Below are positions 1 through 10,901 of a stretch of 64,000 bases of DNA, piece after piece. Below the pieces are notes generated by a model that saw nothing but the letters and a program-made list of their open reading frames with translations, was not told the origin of the DNA and ran no database searches. Origin of the DNA: Octopus sinensis (lineage: Eukaryota); contig NC_043019.1 of assembly GCF_006345805.1 (NCBI RefSeq), positions 9,919,360-9,983,359 on the forward strand, in the 5' to 3' direction. The position numbers were made by a program, and so were the translations under genes. How positions within the stretch are numbered: position 1 is the first letter of the stretch; the number at the start of each line of letters is the position of its first letter.

Positions 1-929
1 TCCAAAGCGAGCAAAAAGATTTACCTTTTTCATAAGATAAAGAAATAAGAGAATATTCCATAGATACCAGATTAATTTACTAAGCTCAATATTGTTACGT
101 TTATTGATCTGCCTAAACGTAGAGTAATGATTAAATATTCTTTTGGACAACTGAGATTGAGAAGTACTTATATAAAAAAAGGACATCGGAATCAGAAGTA
201 ATTTTACATTGATATATAGAGTTTCTAGCCTTAGAATTACTGCTAAGAAAATGAATACGATTGGAATTGACTTCAGAAATGATAACCCTGCTGTTATTAT
301 TATTTAATGAATGGTTAGTGTTAACAAAATTTATATATATACACACATGCACATCCCTACCAACACATTGTCTGTTTCTCATCTTTCCTCGGTGCATTGT
401 ATGATTATTATTTCACTGCACCACATCCTGGTCTGCACTGCCAGTCATGAACTGCTCTCCTCAACTAATATATTTCGTTGACCACCCCTGCCCACAGGGC
501 ATCTCATCAGCAACCCTAACCCAGTTTCTGTAATCATCACTTTTTCTTTCTTCCTTGCTATTTAACATATTTATTGTCCTTCATCACTTGTTCATTATAT
601 TCAGTTCTTCAACATCCATTTCCCTTCCCCCTGACCATTCCCCATTCACTCTATACATTATTGCATTCCCTCCTCATTCCCTCTTGTTCCTTACTGACTC
701 ACCTCTACCCACCACTTCCCTTTGGGTCCATCCTGAGACCTCATCACCACTATTTTATCTCTCTTTGCAGCTCTGCTCTTGTTATTCTTACCTTCTTTTC
801 CATGTTATGAGTAATTATGTACTCCCTCTACAGCAAGAAACCTGTTCCAATCTGACCACTTCTTTCATGTTTCTCTGCAAGTAGAGATCCACCCAATCGC
901 TCTGCTGTAACATCATCTAGTCAAATGTA

Positions 930-1110
930 TCAGTCTTGCAAGCTGCATGGTAATGTCACAAGTGCTGGTGTCATGAACAAAGTACCCTGTACACTCTTAA
1001 GTGGTTGGCACTAGAAAAGGCATCGACCATAGAAAGAGGTACTGGAACATGATGCAGTCCTCAGACACATCAGATCCTGCCCAACCCAGGCCATTCCAAC
1101 ATCTTAAATG
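930..1110 (+). mobile_element. Degenerate remnant of the RTE-type 3' UTR also seen at 2518-2700
   Basis: Diverged match (gtgctggtg...aagtggttggc..a.gaa..gcatc...tagaaa...cccaaccca.gc) to the reverse complement of 2530-2690. Confidence 0.4.
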
Positions 1111-2234
1111 TAACAAGAACCAAAAAAAAAAAACAATATCTGTCTTTATTTGCCCAGACTGAGAAATCATCATCACACTTTGTGAGCATATGTTTGCTCA
1201 ATCTGGCCAAACAATGGGCTAAACTACAACAATTCAAAATACAAGCCAAACCATGAATGGTTCTTCTTGTGGGCATCCAATCTGCAAGATTTCAAAATAC
1301 AAGTGGGACATATTGGGTAAACTGATAAAAACCAGCATCTCACTAATATCAGAGATTTTTTCGCCTTCATCTCTCTATTGTTTCTAGCATGGTATAAGGC
1401 TTGAAAATATAATTGACAGAGTATAAAATCATCCTAATGATATTTTATGTGGCACTCTGTCTACCCACTTTCCAATTCAAACTCCCCCCCCCCCCATTAG
1501 AAACACCACTCTAAAGTATACTAAGGCTAGGATCACAGTCATTTTGAGGTTGAATAACAAAAGCATATAACAAAAAGGAGCCGTTATGTAGGTGCTCAAC
1601 CTGTGATAAACAGCACCATAATACTCTATAAATCATATTACATCACCTTGGAAAAGAGAAGATGCATTATATAGGGTAGTCAAAGAAAAACAGGATAAAC
1701 ATGGTGGCAAAGCTTTTCATCATACATCAGCACTCATTAAGGAGAATTGAGTTGAATGACAATATGCAACAATCTCATATATTTATAGTGGTGTGTGTGT
1801 GTGTTTTGTAAGGCTAAAATCCTTACTCCAGAGAGAATGAGAATTATGGAGAAAAGGTTTATCATTTGACTTACCGCTCACTTTGTAAGGAGGATTTTCA
1901 CCCAGGTAAAGATCAGAATTAGAAACAGGTATACTATCTATAAATAGAAAATTAAATACTAAATGTAATAAGACAATGATTTTAATTATTACAAAAACAT
2001 AAAATACTGGCAGTAGGGAATTTACATGGTGCAAAGATGGACAGATGGGGAAGAAAATTATCAATAAAAATGAAGAGCAATAAGAATCACCAAAATGAGG
2101 CAGAAAAAGTAAGCCCTAATATAGATTAGCCAAAACCATCAGTTACCAGACCCACCTTAAATAACCTAATTTTGCTATATTAGGAGGTCACAGGAATTCC
2201 TTACCCCACCCTAAACATCCCCACCCCACTCACA

Positions 2235-2307
2235 CATGCATACATATTAATGCATATGTATGTATATACATATATGTATGTGTAAGTATATATATGTATG
2301 TGTATGT

Positions 2308-2344
<37 letters not shown>

Positions 2345-2437
2345 TGTATGTGTATGTATGTCTATGTATATATATGTATGTGTAAGTATATATATGTATG
2401 TGTATGTATGTCTATGTATATATATGTATGTGTATGT

Positions 2438-2479
<42 letters not shown>

Positions 2480-2517
2480 GTATGTGTATGTATGTCTATG
2501 TATATATATGTATATAT
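2235..2517. repeat. Compound (TA)n/(TATG)n microsatellite
   Basis: Directly visible; source of the Y/I/V/M/C ORFs at 2294-2555. Confidence 0.95.
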
Positions 2518-3770
2518 CATCATCATCATCGTTTAACGTTCGTTTTCCATGCTAGCATGGGTTGGACGGTCCGGCCGGGGTCTGGGAAGCCAGAAGGCTG
2601 CACCAGGGTCCAGTCTGATCTGGCAGTGTTTCTACAGCTGGATGCCCTTCCTAACGCCAACCACTCAGTGGGTGCTTTTTACGTGCCAAGCAAGGCTGGC
2701 AACGGCCACAATCAGTTGGTGCACGGAAGCCAGTCAAGGCGGCGCTGGCATCGGCCACATTCGGATGGTGCTTTTTACATGCCACAGGCACAGGGATCAC
2801 GACTACAATTTGCATTGATTTTTGATGTTGATGTACTTGACTCAATAGGTCTCCTCAAGCACAGGGTCGAAACAGTGTTTCTTTACTTGCCACCTGCACA
2901 GGAGTCAGTCCAGTGGCACTGGCAAGTGCTGGGTGCCAGTCACAGGATTGGTTCAATTTCGATTCCGATTTCACTTGCCCCAACAGGTCTTCACAAGCAA
3001 AGTTTAGTGTCCAATGAAGGGAGGTTGGCATGGGTGGCAGTCGTCGGATGAGGTTCGTTTTCGAATTCAATTTCGACTTCACTTGCCTCATCAGGTCTTT
3101 GCGTGTCCAAGGAAGGAAAGGCATGCATAAGTGGGCTGGCTACATCCCTCGCAAAGGCCACGGGATGGACTCACTTGTCCTGCCTAGTCTTCTCACGCAC
3201 AGCATATTTCCAAAGGTCTCGGTCTCTAGTCATTTCCTCGGTGAGACCTAAAGTTCGAAGGTCGTGCTTCACCACCTCGTCCCAGGTTTTCTTGGGTTTA
3301 CCTCTTCCACGGGTTCCCTCAACCACTAAGGATTGGCACTTTTTCACACACCTATCTTCATCCATTCTCGCCATATGACCATACCAGCGCAATCATCTCC
3401 CTTGCACACCACAGCTGATGCTTCTTAGATCCAACATTTCTCTCAAGGTACTTACAGTCTGTCGAGTATGTACACTGACATTACACATCCATCGGAGCAT
3501 ACTGGCTCCATTCATCATGAGCTTACGCATGTCCTCAGCAGTCATGGCCCATGTTTTACTGCCATGTAGCATGGCTGTTCGCCTTTTACTCTGAGCGAGA
3601 AGCCTTTTGTCACCAGCAGAGGTAAGAGCTCTCAGAACTTTGCCCAGGCGATTCTTACTATAGCAGTTACACTTTCAGCACACCCTAGCCGGCTACTGAC
3701 TTGGTCACCTAGGTAACAGAAGCTATCAACTACTTCCAGTTTTTCTCCGTGGAAAGTGACAAAAGTTGTT
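2518..3770 (-). mobile_element. 5'-truncated RTE-clade LINE: RT C-terminal part, 3' UTR and (GAT)n tail
   Basis: Minus-strand peptides LEVVDSFCYLGD..RIAWAKF and RWYGHMARMDEDRCVKKC..GRGKPKKTWDEVVKHDLR..WKYAVR are typical of the RTE ORF C-terminus; ends in acgttaaacgatgatgatg. Confidence 0.85.
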
Positions 3771-3935
3771 TTCCCAGATGAACCTACCTCACGGGAGGAG
3801 GTGCATATGAGAGTAGCTATATCAAACTCCATTCTTCACCAAGTGCCACATATTAGACGAGGTTCCTCGTAATAACAATGTAGCAAAAAGACGGCGGTGC
3901 ATCAGCATGGCCACAGCTCTGAGCTAAAAAAAAAT
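3771..3935 (+). mobile_element. 3'-terminal fragment of a CR1/L2-group LINE (subfamily B)
   Basis: ccagatgaacctacctcacgg...gacggcggtgcatcagcatggccacagctctgagct plus A tail; near-identical to the ends at 16650-16810 and 54066-54230. Confidence 0.85.
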
Positions 3936-4211
3936 ATATATATATAAACATATACATATAAACGTATACATACATATATAAACGTATATATATATATATA
4001 TATATAACGTATACATATATATATATATATAAACGTATACATATATATATATAAACGTATACATATATATATATAAACGTATACATATATATATATAAAC
4101 GTATACATATATATATAAATAAATGTATACATATACATATAATATATAAACGTATACATATATATAAACGTATACATACATATATAAACGTATACATACA
4201 TATATAAACGT

Positions 4212-4257
<46 letters not shown>

Positions 4258-4343
4258 TTTATAGAAGGAGCTTCTACAGGACAAGAACTGTTTCATTCAA
4301 AAGAAATCATCAGGAAGCTCTTATAACCCCGGTCAACCCGGGA

Positions 4344-4384
<41 letters not shown>

Positions 4385-4392
4385 ACGTATAC

Positions 4393-4424
<32 letters not shown>

Positions 4425-4526
4425 GTATACATATATATATATACGTATACATATATATATATACGTATACATATATATATATACGTATACATATATATAT
4501 ATACGTATACATATATATATATACGT

Positions 4527-4573
<47 letters not shown>

Positions 4574-4598
4574 CGTATACATATATATATATATATAT

Positions 4599-4630
<32 letters not shown>

Positions 4631-4950
4631 CGTATACATATATATATATATACATAAACGTATACATATATATATATATACATAAACGTATACATATATA
4701 TATATATATATACATAAACGTATACATATATATATATATATATACATAACGTATACATATATATATATATACATAAACGTATACATATATATACATAAAC
4801 GTATACATATATATATATACATAAACGTATACATATATATACATAAACGTATACATATATATATACATAAACGTATACACATATATATATATATACATAA
4901 ACGTATACATATATATATATATATACATAAACGTATACATATACATATAT
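3936..4950. repeat. Compound microsatellite AAACGTATAC(AT)n, interrupted by an ~85-bp island at 4258-4345
   Basis: Directly visible. Confidence 0.95.
4268..4320 (-). ncRNA. Type I hammerhead ribozyme (predicted)
   Basis: Minus strand reads GAGCUUC-CUGAUGA-U[UUC uuuu GAA]U-GAA-ACAG uucuuguc CUGU-A^GAAGCUC: 7-bp stem I, intact CUGAUGA and GAAA core, 4-bp stem III, GUA cleavage triplet; stem II is weak (U.U plus 3 bp). Confidence 0.75.
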
Positions 4951-5034
4951 GATTGATTGATTGATTCTAGTTTCAGCTTATGAGCTGTGGCCATGCTGGG
5001 GCACCGCCATTTGGTGTTGCTACTTGGTTTCACT

Positions 5035-7980
5035 TCATGGAGGCTTTCTAGCAACTGCTATTTGGTGCATGAGAGAGTTCGATGCAGCTGCCCTCATCTG
5101 CCCCTCCTGCCGTGAAGTTGGTTCATCTGGGACACCTGACAGGAAGAGATCCATCTTCATTTTAAAGACATCTGTATCCACCCCATGCAGGTCTCTCAGG
5201 TTCTTCGGGAGGATATTGAAGAGCTGTGGGCCTCGGAAGCCCAGGCTATCACAGAATCTTGTCCTACATCTTGATGGCAAGTTCGGAGTCCTAGGCACCA
5301 CGCAGTGGCGCCCAGTTCTGGCATTTGCGTAACTCTCGATGCCAAAGTTCAGGACACTTCCCTCCAGGATCTTCCAGATGTATATTATGGCATATCTTTT
5401 CCGCCTACGCTCCAGGGAATATAATTTTAATCTCTTGAGTCTTTCCCAGTAGCTTACATTCTGCATAGAGGCTATCTTCTTTGTGTAGCTTCGTTGGATC
5501 GCCTCAAGTTCTGTGATCAACTTGACACTGGATGGTGACCATAGCTGAGAGCAATAGTCAAAGTGGCTTAGGACAAGTGTCTTCCAGAGGACCATCATGG
5601 TTTCTTGTTCTCTTGTTCTAAAGGTTCTAAGAATCCATCCAGCCAGCCGTCTACATTTCATTGTCAGTTTAGCAACATGTACATGAAAGGTCGCGTCATC
5701 ACTCATGTGAATACCCAGGTCACGCACTGATTGTGCCTCTGGGATTGCAATCCCTCCGGGTCCAGTGTATTCATTGGGTATTGCATTCAGTTTTGCATGC
5801 TGATAGTATAAAGCTTGAAACTTTTCAGCATTGAACTGCATGCTATTCTTTTCAGCCCACTTGTATATTTCGTCCAGCTCACATTGCAGGTGTTTAGTGT
5901 CCTCAGGGTTCTGTATTGCCTGTGAAACTTTTGTATCATCTGCATAACTTGTGATCGTGGCTCTCTGCGTGGCTGAGGGCATGTCTGAGAGGGCCATTAT
6001 GAACAGTAGTGGTCCCAAAACAGTGCCCTGTGGAACACCGCTCACTATTTGGTGCTAATGGAAGTGGCCCCATTGGCTACTACCACCTGACTTCTATTCT
6101 TCAGAAAGTCGTGAAGCCATTCTCCTAGTTTTCCAACTATGCCAAGATCACGCAGTTTGTGACATATCATTCCATGATCGACTTTATCGAAGGCCTTTGC
6201 GAAGTCGAGATATATACTTCCCACATTTGTGGTTGAGCAGTTGTTTCAGCACCCAGTCATAGTGCTGCAGGAGCTGAGTTAAAGCTTCTTCCTGGTCGGA
6301 AACCATGTTGGGTGTCAGGCAGCAAGTTATTTTCTTCAAGGAAGGTGATAGTTCCTCTGACTATTCGTTCCATGACCTTGCTGATGTGTGAGGTCAGAGA
6401 GATAGGTCTATAGTTCTTGGCCTCCTCTGCTACCTCCTTTATGAATAGGGCATATTTTTACTTCCTTCAGTCCCCTTGGAAGTTTGCCAGCTGCAAGGAA
6501 GCTCTGAAAGAGGAACTGCAGTGGTCTTGCTAAGACTCTCTTACATACTTTTAGGAGGATTGCCGGGAATCCATCGGGGCCAATAGCTGAGTCTATTTTC
6601 ATTTCATCTATAGCCTTTATTACATCGTCTTCCTTTATATCGATGTAATTTATCGTCGCCGCCTCTGATTCTATATCTGCAGTGGTAAAGAAGTCAGTTG
6701 GATTGCTGATTTGGAAATGCCCAAGGGGTGGAGTGAAAACACTCTTGAATTGTTCATTCAGTATTTCACTTACCCTCATTGGTTTTCCTGTGAGTGTGCC
6801 ATCCTTTTCAAGGAGTGGCCCTATCCTACAGTGCACCGTAGCTGTTTCTTTGGCATACCTGTAGAAAGCTCTGGGGTTATTTTTATGTTGTCTATAGCCC
6901 AGGCTTCTTTGTCTGCTCTTTCCTTCTCATGGGAGAGTTGCAGACAATTTTCAATTTCCAACAGTTTTATTTTCAGGCGGGACTTTTCACTGCTTTCAAT
7001 TTGTTTGTTTAGGCGATTTGAAGTTTTTGTACGCCGTCTCATTAAAATTTTCCTCTCTCTGGGGATTTTGTTCTTATGTACAGTGGCCTTTCTCTCTGGG
7101 ACACATTTTTAGCATATGGCTTGCATTACAGACATGAATTGTTGAAGTATCATGTCGATGTCCGGCGAGGAGAGACATTCAGGCCAGTTTTGTTTGAGGA
7201 TCTCTTTCTCAATTTGTTTCCAGTTTGCCTTATGAAGTTCAAGCTGGAAAGATTCTGAGGGTTTCTGTAGGCTGCATGTCCGTGCTCTCTTTTGCCCGTA
7301 CATGGTCAGCTCTACCATGTTGTGATCCGAGAGTAGTGTCGTTGTCACTTTCACGTTATGGATGAGATCCATATTATTTGTGAAGCAGAGATCCAGTGTG
7401 TTACCTGCTCTGGTTGGTTGCAGTATTACTTGCTCCATGTACAGGGTGTTGGTGAGGTTCAGGAGGGACCTCGCCTGTCCACGTTCACATCTTGTCATTC
7501 CTGGGAGAGAAAGGCCCTCGGCCATCTGACATTCGGTAGATTGAAGTCTCCCATGAGAAGTAACACTTATGTGTTGTTCTAATGTGGTTAGGACGACTTC
7601 TATTTTTAAAAGGCAGTCCTCAAACTTGCCCATATGACTTGGGGCATCTGGAGGGCGATATGTAGCACACACAACTACATCAAGTTGCCTTATGTGTACA
7701 ATTAGTGTGTCACACACCGAGTTGAGTATGACAAAAGGACCTGGGGTGTGAGGTCCCCACGGATGTACATAGCAACTCCTCCATGACTCCTTTCTTTCCT
7801 GTCGGTCCGTAGTACAACATACTGTGGTATGTGTAATTCCGCATCTGCTATGTCCGGTTTCAGATGCGTTTCTGTGAGTGCTATGCATAAGGCTTGATTG
7901 CATGCGACAAAGTCTCTCAGGAACGGGACTTTTGTCCTGTTACTGTGTGTTAGTAGTCCTCTGATGTTCAGTAGGAGCAT
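5035..7980 (-). pseudogene. LINE ORF2 (APE endonuclease plus reverse transcriptase), broken by several 1-2-nt deletions
   Basis: ORF-track pieces 7702-8319, 7109-7903, 6821-7042, 6408-6836 and 5035-6045 join by frameshifts; deletions are visible against the copies at 11510-12380 and 13295-14431. Confidence 0.9.
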
Positions 7981-8563
7981 CGAGGTGAGGTTGTATGCTG
8001 TTGCCGGTGGTGTCCACCCTGGGTCCATCTGCTGTGGCGGTCTTGAACTGTGGGCAGTTCCATCTGCGAGCCTGAGCCTATGGAGCCAGGTTAGCTGCTG
8101 TACAATCTTTTGTGCCATGCCCAAAAAAGATTCCTGCTCAGCAGCTGCCCTTTCAACAACACGTTGGTGGTTTGTGGTACGCACCACATCTGCGTACCTC
8201 CGTTTTGGGGCAGGTGATGCGTGGTCCATCCCATTTCCTTTCGGTGGTTGGTTTTCTGTGGCAGGGTCCCGGATGTGCAAAGCGGCAGCCTGCACCTTCC
8301 TCTCCATGCCGGCAGGCACCTTTCAGGTAGAACCCGCATACCCGTGTGCGCTGCTTGTTTCCATCCTTTTTTGGCATATGGACAGTTAGGTTTGCCTCTG
8401 TCCCTGGCTGCCTTGCCCCTTGGCTTTGTCTGAGTTTTAGCTTCAGTTTTTTCTCCTTTTTTGTTTTTTCATCTCCATGTCCATGGCTTTTGGTGCTGGT
8501 AGGAGCATCCGCACCTGGGTTCATCTCCGGACAGGCCTCTCGCTGGAGTTTTCTCCTGGGCAT
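7981..8563 (-). pseudogene. LINE ORF1 with a CCCH zinc finger (C-X7-C-X8-C-X3-H at 8273-8338)
   Basis: CGFYLKGACRHGEEGAGCRFAH; the paralogue CRFHLRGTCWHGEEGAGCRFAH lies at 12691-12756. Confidence 0.75.
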
Positions 8564-8849
8564 CTACCAGGTGGGGTGACCCTCCTCATCAGCGCCCGCG
8601 TCTCTATCCTTGCCATCTTTACTTTGTTCGCGTTTTTCGCTGTCAAAAATGGCATCCAGCGTGTAATGTGCGATCTGACAAGTGCGTAGGAGCGTATAAA
8701 TTCTTGCTTCTTCCGTTCTATTGAGCTGACGTCCTTTTGTATCCGTTGTTCTTCAGCGCAGCCGTAATTATATTATTTGGATTTCTCGTCAGCGCATAAA
8801 TGTATACATATATATATATATACATAAACGTATACATATATATTATTAA

Positions 8850-8907
8850 AGACTAAAGACTCCGCCGGTTACGACGACGAGGGTCCCAGCTGATACGATC
8901 AACGGAA
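8850..8907 (-). mobile_element. Probable SINE 3'-end fragment cut by the gap
   Basis: GC-rich island ctccgccggttacgacgacgagggtcccagctgatacgatcaacggaa, recognised from memory as an octopus interspersed repeat; no second copy in the window. Confidence 0.4.
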
Positions 8908-9007
8908 NNNNNNNNNNNNNNNNNNNNNNNNNNNNNNNNNNNNNNNNNNNNNNNNNNNNNNNNNNNNNNNNNNNNNNNNNNNNNNNNNNNNNNNNNNNNN
9001 NNNNNNN
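8908..9007. other. Assembly gap (100 N)
   Basis: Exactly 100 N, a typical fixed-size scaffold join. Confidence 0.99.
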
Positions 9008-9334
9008 TATATATATATATATATATATATAAACGTATACATATATACATACTAATATATATATATATATAAACGTATACATATATACATACATATATAT
9101 ATATATATAAACGTATACATATATATATATATATATATAAAGTATTACATTATATATAATATATTATATAATATATATATAAACGTATAACATATATTAT
9201 ATATATAATATATAATAAACGGTTTATACATATATACATATATATATATATAAACGTATACATATATACATATATATATAGATATATAAACGTTATTATA
9301 CATATAACATATCTATATATATATATATAAACGT

Positions 9335-9369
<35 letters not shown>

Positions 9370-10021
9370 AACGTATACATATATACATATATATACGTAT
9401 ACATATATATTACAATATATATAAACGTATACATATATATATACATATATATATAAACGTATACATAAGATTATATATTAGATACATATATAAACGTATA
9501 CATATATATATAATACATATATAAACGTATACATATATATATATACATATATATATAGAAACGTATACATATATATATATACATATATATATATAAACGT
9601 ATACATATATATATATATACATATATATATATAAACGTATACATATATATAGATATATAAAACCTATATATATATAAACGTATACATATATATATATATA
9701 TATAAATATATATATATAAACGTATAACATATATATTATATATATAATATATATATATATAAACGTATACATATATATATATATATAAATATATAATATA
9801 TAAACGTATACATATATATATATATATATAAATATATATATATATAAACGTATACATATATATATATATATATATATATAACGTATACATACATATATAT
9901 ATAAACGTATACCTACAGATATATATATATATATATATAAACGTATACATACATATATATATATAAACGTATACATACATATATATATAAAACGTATACA
10001 TACATATATATATATAAACGT

Positions 10022-10067
<46 letters not shown>

Positions 10068-10113
10068 GTATACATATATATTATATATATATATATATTA
10101 TATATATATACGT

Positions 10114-10153
<40 letters not shown>

Positions 10154-10155
10154 GT

Positions 10156-10201
<46 letters not shown>

Positions 10202-10277
10202 GTATACATATATATTATATATATATATATAAACGTATACTATTATATATTATATATATATATATATATATAAACGT

Positions 10278-10308
<31 letters not shown>

Positions 10309-10349
10309 AACGTATACAATAGATATATATATATATTATATATAAACGT

Positions 10350-10380
<31 letters not shown>

Positions 10381-10460
10381 AACGTATACATAATATATAT
10401 ATATATATATATATTAACGTATAAACGTATACATATATATATATATATATATATAAACGT

Positions 10461-10502
<42 letters not shown>

Positions 10503-10547
10503 AACGTATACATATAATATATATATATATATATTATAAACGTATAC

Positions 10548-10591
<44 letters not shown>

Positions 10592-10676
10592 TATATAAAC
10601 GTATACACACACATATATATATAATATATATATATAAATAAACGTATACATATATATATATATAAAAAACGTAAAC

Positions 10677-10709
<33 letters not shown>

Positions 10710-10781
10710 TAAACGTATACATACACACACATATATAAACGTATACATTATATATATAAATAAATAAATAAGCGTATACAT

Positions 10782-10829
<48 letters not shown>

Positions 10830-10901
10830 GTATACATATATATATAGAAACATATACATATATATATACACATATACATATATATACACACATATATACA
10901 T
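9008..10901. repeat. Long compound microsatellite AAACGTATAC(AT)n
   Basis: Directly visible; same spacer motif as 3936-4950. Confidence 0.95.

Larger units (their letters stand above)
4951..8800 (-). mobile_element. Near full-length CR1/L2-group (Jockey group) LINE, subfamily A, with (AATC)n tail
   Basis: CCCH ORF1, APE endonuclease (LLNIRG, ALTETH, GGVAMY, DLCFTN, SDH), RT (QGTVLGPLLF, YADD, YSLERRR), 3' stem-loop and gattgattg tail at 4951; 5' boundary approximate. Confidence 0.92.

Noticed and set aside
465-516. Minus-strand CUGAUGA...GAAA with a plausible stem II
   Set aside because: No stem I partner after either possible cleavage triplet; at most a decayed PLE terminus
3055-3100. Minus-strand CUGAUGA-GGC..GUC-GAAA in the RTE 3' UTR
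   Set aside because: No stem I, a 1-nt stem III loop, and the tandem paralogue at ~2955-2990 loses both core and stem II
8690-8800. PLE-thumb-like peptide (LCADEKS / ALKNNGY) at the 5' end of LINE copy 1
   Set aside because: About 30 codons with a frameshift; cannot be distinguished from LINE 5' UTR, so the LINE 5' boundary is left approximate
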